From Dehalococcoidia bacterium (GTDB lineage Bacteria > Chloroflexota > Dehalococcoidia > UBA2979), in assembly GCA_964291495.2 (NCBI GenBank), contig OZ219871.1, positions 96,001 through 160,000 on the forward strand: a stretch of 64,000 bases of DNA. Direction: 5' to 3'. Within the stretch, counting starts at the first letter, position 1; each line of letters starts with the position of its first letter. Shown here in pieces: positions 56,923 to 64,000 of the stretch. Both the position numbers and the translations under genes were made by a program. The notes below the pieces were generated by a model, which saw only the letters and a list, made by a program, of their open reading frames with translations, had not been told where the DNA came from and did no database searches.

Positions 56923-58152
56923 ATGGCCATCACCTACCGTCGGCTGACCGAGGAAGACTGGGACGAGTGGGTCGTCGGCAACGCCCGCGGTTTCCTCGAA
57001 GACACCGAGGCCGCCTCCACCGAGGCCGACCCGATCCGCCCCCACTTCGACTTCGACCGCAGCCTCGCTGCCTTCGACGGCGGCGAGATGGTGGGCAAGA
57101 CGCACGCCATCCCCTTCTCCATGAGCGTTCCCGGCGGCGATCTGCCCACCGCCGGCGTCACCGCCGTCACCGTGTCGCCGACCCACCGGCGCCGCGGCAT
57201 CCTCACCGAGCTCACGCGCCGGCAGCTCGCCGACATCCACGCCCGTGGCGAGGCGCTCGCCGCCCTCTGGGCCTCGGAGAGCCTCATCTATGGCCGCTTC
57301 GGCTACGGGATGGCCGCGCAGTCGGACCGCATCAGCATCGACCGCCGCCACACTGGATTCCTCGCCGGAGTCCCCGACGCGCCCGGCGAGGTCCGCTTCG
57401 CCGCGCCGGAGGACGCCCTCGAGCGCTGGCCGGCGCTCTACGACCGCCTGCGCGAATCGCGCCCCGGCATGATGACGCGCTTCCCGTACCTCTGGCGTGG
57501 CTTCGTCATTCCCCGCACGGAGAAGCCCGAGGGCGGCTTCACCAGGCGCCTCTACGTCGAGTACGCGGGTTCCGAAGGCCCCGAGGGCTATGCCATCTAC
57601 GCCGTCAAGCCAGGCTGGCGCGACGACGTCCCTCGCGGAACGCTCCGCGTCCACGAACTGGTCGCCCTGAACCCCGTTGCCGAGGCGGCCCTCTGGCGCT
57701 ACCTCTTCGGCGTCGACCTCATTGGGACGATCGAGGCCGACAACCGCCCGCCCGACGATCCGCTCGTCTGGATGCTGGCCGACCCCCGCCAGCTCGGCCG
57801 CATCCCCCGTGACTCGCTGTGGGTGCGCATTCTCGACGTCGCGAAGGCCCTCGAAGGCCGCGACTACCTCGCCGATGGCCGTCTCGTGCTTGAAGTCACC
57901 GACGACTTCGGTCCCTGGGCTGCCGGCTGCTTCGATCTCACTATCGAGAGCGGCAAGGCCGCCTGCTGCCCCAGCGACGCCTCACCCGACCTCACGCTCG
58001 GCGCCGACGCCCTCGCCGCCGTCTACCTCGGAGGCGCCTCGCCGTCCGTCCTCGCCCGCGCGGGTCGGGTCGAAGGCTCTCCCGATGCCCTGCGCCTCGC
58101 CGACGCCCTGTTCCGCTGGCACACCGCCCCCTGGTGCATCGCCGAGTTTTAG
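56923..58152 (+). CDS. Eis-family GNAT acetyltransferase with SCP2-like C-terminal domain
   Basis: VTVSPTHRRRGIL, ALWASESLIYGRFGYG, LWVRILDV and terminal EF. Confidence 0.92.
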   Translation: MAITYRRLTEEDWDEWVVGNARGFLEDTEAASTEADPIRPHFDFDRSLAAFDGGEMVGKTHAIPFSMSVPGGDLPTAGVTAVTVSPTHRRRGILTELTRRQLADIHARGEALAALWASESLIYGRFGYGMAAQSDRISIDRRHTGFLAGVPDAPGEVRFAAPEDALERWPALYDRLRESRPGMMTRFPYLWRGFVIPRTEKPEGGFTRRLYVEYAGSEGPEGYAIYAVKPGWRDDVPRGTLRVHELVALNPVAEAALWRYLFGVDLIGTIEADNRPPDDPLVWMLADPRQLGRIPRDSLWVRILDVAKALEGRDYLADGRLVLEVTDDFGPWAAGCFDLTIESGKAACCPSDASPDLTLGADALAAVYLGGASPSVLARAGRVEGSPDALRLADALFRWHTAPWCIAEF

Positions 58153-58239
58153 TGTCCCGCTCGCCACGCGGCTGGTAGCCACCGCCCCCACGCCAACCCC
58201 GCCGCTCCGCTATCCTCACGACGCGCGCGAGGAGGCAGC

Positions 58240-59421
58240 GTGAGCGTTCGGAACCGGGCCGCGATCGTAGGGGTGGGCGAGACGGAGTTCTCGCGCAACG
58301 CCGGGCGCTCCAACCTGCAACTCGCCCTCGAGGCGATCACCGCCGCGCTCGAGGACGCCGGGCTCACGACCGACGACGTCGACGCGATCGTGAAGATGCA
58401 CGCCAACACCGACCTCTTCGAGATCGACATCATGCGCAGCCTCGGCATCCAGAACCTGCGCTTCTTCAGCGAGATCCCGCACGGCGGCGGCGGCTCCGTC
58501 GGCACCGTCGTGCATGCGGCGGCGGCGATCGCCGCCGGGCAGGCCGACGTCGTGGTCTGCTTCCGCTCGATCCGCCGCTCGCTGATGCCGGCCAGCCGCT
58601 CGCGGGCCGGCCGCTACGTCCCGGACGGGATGCAGTACCGCATCCCCGTCGGCCTCGTCACCCCCGTGCAGTGGGTGGCGATGTTCGGGCGGCGCTACCT
58701 GCACGACTACGACCTCACCACCGAGGCGTTCGGCCTCTGCGCCGTGCAGATCCGCAACAACGGCGCGATCAACCCGCACGCGATGCAGTACGGGCGCACC
58801 GTCACCCTCGAGGACCACCACAACTCACGCTGGATCTCGGAGCCGCTGCGGCTGCTCGACTGCTGCCTCGAGACGGACGGGGGCAGCGCCGTCGTGGTCG
58901 TCTCGGCGGAGAAGGCGCGGGAGCTGGCGGCGAGCGGTCGCTCGAAGCGGCCGCCGGTCTACATCACCGGCGCCGCGCAGGGCACCGGCAGCCGCACCGA
59001 GTCGATGACCAGCTACCAGCGCGACAGCATGTCCGTGCTCGAGGAGGCCGAGGAGACGGCGCGCGAGGTCTATCGCGTGGCGGAGATGGAGCCGCGCGAC
59101 ATGGAGACGCTGCAGCTCTACGACCACTTCACGCCGATGGTGCTGATGTCGCTCGAGGCCTACGGCTTCGCCGCGCCGGGCGCGTCCCACGAGCTGTTCC
59201 GCGAGGGCCGCACCACCCTCGAGGGCGACATCCCGCTCAACACGCACGGCGGCCAGCTCGCCGACGGCTACCTGCACGGCTTCAGCATGATCACCGAGGC
59301 GGCGCGCCAGATCCGCGGCGACGCGGTGAACCAGCTGGAGCGCCGCCCGCGGACTGCCCTCGCGACCGCCGGCACCGGCGTCCCGACGAGCGCGCTGATC
59401 CTCTCCGCCGACGGCGCGTAG
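58240..59421 (+). CDS. Thiolase-fold lipid-transfer (Ltp2/SCP-x-like) protein
   Basis: AAIVGVGETEF, PLRLLDCCLETDG, YDHFTP and NTHGGQLADGYLHG motifs; no catalytic Cys at GGGGSVG. Confidence 0.88.
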   Translation: MSVRNRAAIVGVGETEFSRNAGRSNLQLALEAITAALEDAGLTTDDVDAIVKMHANTDLFEIDIMRSLGIQNLRFFSEIPHGGGGSVGTVVHAAAAIAAGQADVVVCFRSIRRSLMPASRSRAGRYVPDGMQYRIPVGLVTPVQWVAMFGRRYLHDYDLTTEAFGLCAVQIRNNGAINPHAMQYGRTVTLEDHHNSRWISEPLRLLDCCLETDGGSAVVVVSAEKARELAASGRSKRPPVYITGAAQGTGSRTESMTSYQRDSMSVLEEAEETAREVYRVAEMEPRDMETLQLYDHFTPMVLMSLEAYGFAAPGASHELFREGRTTLEGDIPLNTHGGQLADGYLHGFSMITEAARQIRGDAVNQLERRPRTALATAGTGVPTSALILSADGA

Positions 59422-59423
59422 CG

Positions 59424-59960
59424 CTCACCTCCAGCCCCCTCCTTGGGGGAGAGGGTTTCGCAACCCTCTCCTCAGGGCAGCGAGCGCATCCCTTCCGGTC
59501 CCCTCTCCCCGAGGGAGAGGGTGAGGGTGAGGGAGGGTCCGCCCTCCGGGATTGCGTTGCGCCATCGGGACTCTCGGAGGCGCGCGGGAGGCTTCCCCTC
59601 ACCCGACCATCTCTGACCGCGGCCGATGGTTGGCGTACCTGGATTCCGGCATTCGCCGGAATGACGGAGGGGTCGGGGTTGGAAGCGACAGCGGGGTGGA
59701 GGGTGGGGTGGAGAGGGAGCCCGACGGCGCTCGTGGGACGAGTGAGCCGGGCCTCCGATCCCCTCTCCCCTGGAGGGAGAGGGTGAGGGTGAGGGGGGAG
59801 GAAGCAGAGCGTGGGGGCTTCGCCCCCACTCCGCGTTCCGGCCCTCCCAAGCCTCGCGCGCCCTCGGAACTCTCGCTGCGCTCGCGCCGCGCCGACGGCG
59901 CGGCGTCCCCCGCACCCCCCGCCCTCGCCCGCCAGGGGCGAGGGAGCCGGATCCGCCCTC
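59424..59960. repeat. Intergenic repeat cluster 5 (mosaic of all repeat modules)
   Basis: About 150-bp block inverted relative to 11893-12050; palindrome at 59639-59667; BoxC-like units at about 59499, 59760 and 59907. Confidence 0.85.
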
Positions 59961-59987
59961 GGGGCTTCCGGGGCGGGCAAGCGGGGC

Positions 59988-60530
59988 TCAGTCGCGCTGG
60001 AGGGGCGGCTCCTGCTGGCCGGGGGCGTATTGCGGTTCGTAGTCGGAGACCTCGCCGAGCATCTGGGCGTGGTGCATGCGGTCGTGGCGGTAGTAGGAAC
60101 GCAGCCACTGCAGCACCGTCAACTCGCCGAAGATCTGCGTGCGTGCGGTGCGGTCGAACTGCTCGGGCGTGAAGGTATGCGCCAGCTCCAGCGTCTCCTC
60201 GCGCTCACCCTGCATCTGCGCCACGAGGCTCGCGAGGTCCGCCTCGTGCGCCTGCTCGAAGGGGATGTCGAGCGGAATGTTGGGCGTGCGGCCGTCGGAG
60301 ACGTTGGGGCTGTCCTCGGCGATCGCGCGGCGTACCCAGCCGCGATAGCTGCGGTCCATCCCGGCGAGGTGCACGACCTGCTCCTTGACGGACCAGCCCG
60401 CCTCGCCCTCGCCCTCGGGCGGGCGCTGCTCCGCCTGCTCGTCGGACATGCCGTCGAGCGTGACGAGCATCGCCGAGCGCTCGATCTCGAGCTTCTCGAA
60501 GAGTTCCGCTATCTGCTCACTGGTCGCCAT
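59988..60530 (-). CDS. DinB/YfiT-like protein
   Basis: GWSVKEQVVHLA and HDRMHHAQM metal triad. Confidence 0.85.
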   Translation of the reverse strand: MATSEQIAELFEKLEIERSAMLVTLDGMSDEQAEQRPPEGEGEAGWSVKEQVVHLAGMDRSYRGWVRRAIAEDSPNVSDGRTPNIPLDIPFEQAHEADLASLVAQMQGEREETLELAHTFTPEQFDRTARTQIFGELTVLQWLRSYYRHDRMHHAQMLGEVSDYEPQYAPGQQEPPLQRD

Positions 60531-60580
60531 GCGCGCATCATAGCCGTGTAGGCTGCCCGTGCGGCACGAGGGGGCGCGAG

Positions 60581-61507
60581 ATGACCGAAGATCCTCTGGA
60601 ACTGATGGCGGCCGCCGCCGAAGCTGCGGGCGTCGAACCCTCCCGGTTCGTGCTGCCCGAGGACCACGACGTCGAGCTCAACGGCCTGCGCTTCCACTAC
60701 GTCGACTGGGGCAACAGGCACTTGCCGCACGTGGTGCTGCTGCACGGCGGCTCGCTGACCGCACGCACCTGGGACATGGCCGCGCTGCTGCTGCGCGACT
60801 CCTACCACCTGGTCGCCCTCGACCAGCGCGGCCACGGCGACACCGACTGGACCCCGGACGTCGAGGACGACACGAGCGCGCTGATGGTCGAGGACACGCG
60901 CGCCTTCCTCGACCACCTCGGCTACGAGCACTTCACGCTCGTCGGCATGTCGATGGGCGGGATCAACTCCTTCCAGCACGCGGCCGCCCACCCGGAGCGC
61001 CTCGACGCGCTCGTGATCGTCGATGTCGCGCCGGAGACGATGCGGGCGGGCATCGTCGAGATGGAGCAGTTCGCGCAGGCCACGGAGACGCTCGACCGCT
61101 TCGAGGACTTCCTGGACCGCGCGACGAAATTCAACCCCGACCGCTCGGTCGGCCACCTGCGCTACAGCCTGATGCACGCGCTGCGCGAGACGGACGAGGG
61201 CTGGACCTGGAAGAACGACCGCCGCCCGCGCCCGAAGCTGGACGAGGAGGCGCGCAAGCGGCAGGCCGACGAGCGCGCCTCGCTGCTCTGGGACTGCGTG
61301 CGTGCGATCCCGACGCCGACGCTGCTGGTGCGCGGGACGGAGAGCAAGATCCTCTCCGCCGAGCACGCCCGCGAGGTGGTCGACGCGATGCGGCACGCCG
61401 AGCTCGTCGAGATCGAGGGTGCGCGCCACACCGTGCAGGGTGACAAGCCGGTCGAGTTCGCGCACGAGCTGGACGCCTTCCTGCAGCGCACCCTGCCGCC
61501 GCGCTGA
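60581..61507 (+). CDS. Alpha/beta-fold hydrolase
   Basis: LLHGG, DQRGHG, GMSMGG and GARHTV motifs. Confidence 0.9.
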   Translation: MTEDPLELMAAAAEAAGVEPSRFVLPEDHDVELNGLRFHYVDWGNRHLPHVVLLHGGSLTARTWDMAALLLRDSYHLVALDQRGHGDTDWTPDVEDDTSALMVEDTRAFLDHLGYEHFTLVGMSMGGINSFQHAAAHPERLDALVIVDVAPETMRAGIVEMEQFAQATETLDRFEDFLDRATKFNPDRSVGHLRYSLMHALRETDEGWTWKNDRRPRPKLDEEARKRQADERASLLWDCVRAIPTPTLLVRGTESKILSAEHAREVVDAMRHAELVEIEGARHTVQGDKPVEFAHELDAFLQRTLPPR

Positions 61508-61626
61508 GGCCGCAACGAGCCGGATTCGCGGCGCGCTTTGACAGCGCCGCGCCCTCGCCTCTACCGTCCGCCTGCGCGCGTCGCACCGCGACGCGGAGAT
61601 GGCTCGAAGCCGATGGGAGCAGCAGC

Positions 61627-62004
61627 ATGGTCGAGGTGATCAAGTCGTCCGATGGCGAGACCTCGGAAAGCACGCCCGCCGAGATCTTCACGGGCGGGCA
61701 GGTCTGGGCCCGGCGCCTCTCCGGCCCCGGCACCGGACGTGGCCAGCACATGAGCTTCGGCATCGTGCAGTTCGGCGCGGGCGCGCGCACGCGCATGCAC
61801 CGCCACAGCAGCGACCAGATGCTCTACGTCGTCGCCGGCATCGGCAAGGTCGGCACTGCGGACAGCGAGGAAGTGATCAGCGCGGGCGACTTCGCCCTCG
61901 TGCCGGCGGGCGAGGATCACTGGCACGGCGCCGCCGACACCGGCTCGCCGATGTCCCACATCACCGTCACCGCCGCCGACAGCGTGACGGAGGTCACCGG
62001 GTAG
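61627..62004 (+). CDS. Cupin domain protein
   Basis: MHRHSSDQMLYV and PAGEDHWHGA motifs. Confidence 0.9.
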   Translation: MVEVIKSSDGETSESTPAEIFTGGQVWARRLSGPGTGRGQHMSFGIVQFGAGARTRMHRHSSDQMLYVVAGIGKVGTADSEEVISAGDFALVPAGEDHWHGAADTGSPMSHITVTAADSVTEVTG

Positions 62005-62029
62005 CGCGACCTGACAGGGTGAACGGCCG

Positions 62030-62455
62030 ATGAGCACGAGCGAGCAGGCAATCCGCCGCCTGATGTTCCGCTACGCGGAGCTGCAGGACGCCGCCGACTT
62101 CGACGCCGTCGCCGAGCTGTTCTCGCACGGCGTCTTCCAGCGCGGCGACGGCAAGTCGTTCCGTGGTCCGGAGGTGTCCGCGCACCGCAAGCGCTCCAAC
62201 ATCCTGCACGACGGCAACCTCGCCACGAAGCACGTCACGACGAACATCACCATCGAGGTGGACGAGGAGAGCAACGCCGCCTCGGCGGACTCGTACTACA
62301 CGGTCTTCCAGGGCACGGACGAGCTTCCGCTTGAACCGATCGTCGCCGGCCGCTACCACGATCGCTTCGAGCGCATCGACGGCGAGTGGCGCTTCCTCTT
62401 CCGCCGCTCCTACGTGGACCTCGTGGGCCGCATCGAAACGCACCGCGCCTTCTAG
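62030..62455 (+). CDS. SnoaL-like / NTF2-fold protein
   Basis: YAELQDAADF, HVTTN and GRYHDRF..DGEWRF motifs. Confidence 0.88.
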   Translation: MSTSEQAIRRLMFRYAELQDAADFDAVAELFSHGVFQRGDGKSFRGPEVSAHRKRSNILHDGNLATKHVTTNITIEVDEESNAASADSYYTVFQGTDELPLEPIVAGRYHDRFERIDGEWRFLFRRSYVDLVGRIETHRAF

Positions 62456-62484
62456 CGACGCTGCCCCAGCGGCGCTGCGCGCGG

Positions 62485-63063
62485 CTCCCTTGCCCTCCGC
62501 CCTCTCTGGCCGGGGGAGAGGGGACCGGATCCCCCCTTCCCGTCATTCCGGCGAAAGCCGGAATCCAGTCCGGAGCAGCGATCGGTTGATGCGCCCTCGG
62601 TAGGTTTGTGCGCCCTCGGAGTTCCGGCGTGCGCCTCCCTCACCCTCCGCCCTCTCCCGCGGGGAGAGGGGACCGGAGCCGGGCTCGACAGGGTCGTGCG
62701 CCGATCCGGCTCCCTCTCCTGGGGGAGAGGGTTGGGGTGAGGGGGCTCGCCGGCCGAGCTGCCGCCTCGATGGGGTGTTTGCCCCCGGAGCGCCTTGCCG
62801 GGCGGGGACGGCGGACTTCGCCCGCCCGCCCTCACCCTCCGCCCTCTCCCGCGGGGAGAGGGGACCGGAGCCGGGCTCGATAGGGCCGGTGCGCCGATCC
62901 GGCTCCCTCTCCTGGGGGAGAGGGTTGGGGTGAGGGGCTCGCCGGCCGAGCTGCCGCCTCGATGGGTGTTTGCCCCCGGAGCGCCTTGCCGGGCGGGGAC
63001 GGCGGACTTCGCCCGCCCGCCCTCACCCTCCGCCCTCTCCCTCGCGGAGAGGGGACCGGAGCC
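62485..63063. repeat. Intergenic repeat cluster 6 including a ~192-bp tandem (BIME-like) array
   Basis: Unit starts at 62637, 62829 and 63020; palindrome at 62540-62568 is the exact reverse complement of 1384-1412. Confidence 0.9.
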
Positions 63064-63533
63064 TACGGGGCGTCCTCCGGCGGCTCGTAGTCGTGGCGGA
63101 AGGCGTCGAAGCGGTTGAGCAGGTCGAGGGCGCTGCGCCGGTAGCTGAAGCGCCAGGCGCCGTCGACGTACTCGAAGCGGTCGATATAGCGCCCCGCCGC
63201 GATCGGCTGGAGCGGCAGCGCGGGCGGGCCTTGCAGGATCGTGTAGCAGGACTCGGCGCTCGCCTCGCCACGGTCGAGGTCGACCTCGATCATGAGGTTC
63301 GTCGTGACGTGGCGGGTGCGCGGCGTGCCGTCGAAGTAGGCGCGCACGTTGGCCGTGCGGCGCTCGGCGATCTCCTTGCCGCGCCAGCCCACGCCCGAGT
63401 CCGCCACGAAGTCGCCGTGCTCGAACAGCTCCGCGATGGCGTCCCAGTCCGCGGCGTCCTGCAGCTCGGCGTAGTAGTAGACGAGGTGCTCGATCTCGCG
63501 GCGCGCGGCGGCGACCGGGTCGGCGGCGCTCAC
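63063..63533 (-). CDS. SnoaL-like / NTF2-fold protein (paralogue of 62030-62455)
   Basis: YAELQDAADW, HVTTN and GRYIDRF..DGAWRF motifs. Confidence 0.88.
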   Translation of the reverse strand: MSAADPVAAARREIEHLVYYYAELQDAADWDAIAELFEHGDFVADSGVGWRGKEIAERRTANVRAYFDGTPRTRHVTTNLMIEVDLDRGEASAESCYTILQGPPALPLQPIAAGRYIDRFEYVDGAWRFSYRRSALDLLNRFDAFRHDYEPPEDAP

Positions 63534-64000
63534 GCTCGCTCCAGCGCCCAGGCGAAGTCGGCGAGGATCTCCTCGTAGCGCTCGTCCACGCGCTCGCGCT
63601 CACGCGGGTGCGTGATCACCCAGAAGCGGCCGGCCCGCACGGCGTCGAGCACGCGCCTGCCGACGAGCGCCGGCGACATGCGGCCGCGGCCCTCGGTGCG
63701 CAGCGCGGGCGTGACCTTGTCGGCGAGGTCCTCTGGCACGTGGCGATGCCCCTCGAACAGCCGGCTGGCGACGCCGCCCGGGCAGAGCACGGAGACGCCG
63801 ATACCGTCGTCGGCGACCTCGTGGCGGAGGCGGTCGGTGAGCGCGACGAGCGCGTGTTTGCTGGCCGCGTAGACGGCGACGTTGACGGGCGGGACGGTGA
63901 GCCCGGCCATCGACGAGGTGTTGACGATGTGCGCATCGCCAGCCTGCTCGCGCATGCGCGGAACGAACGCCTGGGCACCGTGCACCGCGCCCATCACGTT
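63530..64000 (-). CDS. SDR family oxidoreductase (5' end beyond the window)
   Basis: IVNTSSMAG, YAASKHA and VSVLCPG motifs. Confidence 0.85.
   Translation of the reverse strand, partial: NVMGAVHGAQAFVPRMREQAGDAHIVNTSSMAGLTVPPVNVAVYAASKHALVALTDRLRHEVADDGIGVSVLCPGGVASRLFEGHRHVPEDLADKVTPALRTEGRGRMSPALVGRRVLDAVRAGRFWVITHPRERERVDERYEEILADFAWALERA

Noticed and set aside
59291-60172. ORFs across repeat cluster 5 (and 62608-63118, and the 1202-1495 SDR extension)
   Set aside because: They are translations of the repeats (PSPxGRG, LTLTLS, IPAFAGMT), not proteins
62637-63063. CRISPR array
   Set aside because: The intervening sequences are repeated rather than unique, the period is about 192 bp, and there are no cas genes

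Overview
This is a very GC-rich, densely coding bacterial chromosomal segment with about 70 CDS and one tRNA-Pro(GGG). It has no rRNA, CRISPR array, integrase or transposase. The gene content suggests a Chloroflexota of class Dehalococcoidia (inference only): LLM/PPOX oxidoreductases, many SDRs, two-domain family III CoA-transferases, MaoC, Ltp2-like thiolase, SnoaL paralogues and a detached nuoI/nuoG pair. Housekeeping genes include thyX, nfo, dut, plsY, iscU, iscS, pth, mfd and nudC. The most unusual signals are: (1) a modular family of intergenic repeats in six clusters, made of BoxC-like hairpins with G-quadruplex-type tails, a GTCATTCCGGC palindrome, a GAGACC-ended MITE-like unit and a ~192-bp tandem BIME-like array; (2) a lower-GC single-gene island encoding a coiled-coil plus putative HEPN-like/pPIWI-associated nuclease, bounded by CTAG on both sides; (3) an intact antitoxin followed by a 15-codon PIN-toxin stub; (4) a small HTH gene paired with a catalytically divergent PyrE-like protein; (5) an attenuator-like leader before an Eis-family acetyltransferase; (6) two genes that appear to start at CTG; (7) a 1-nt frameshift in a CoA-transferase. 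Product calls come from motif recognition by eye, not from database searches.
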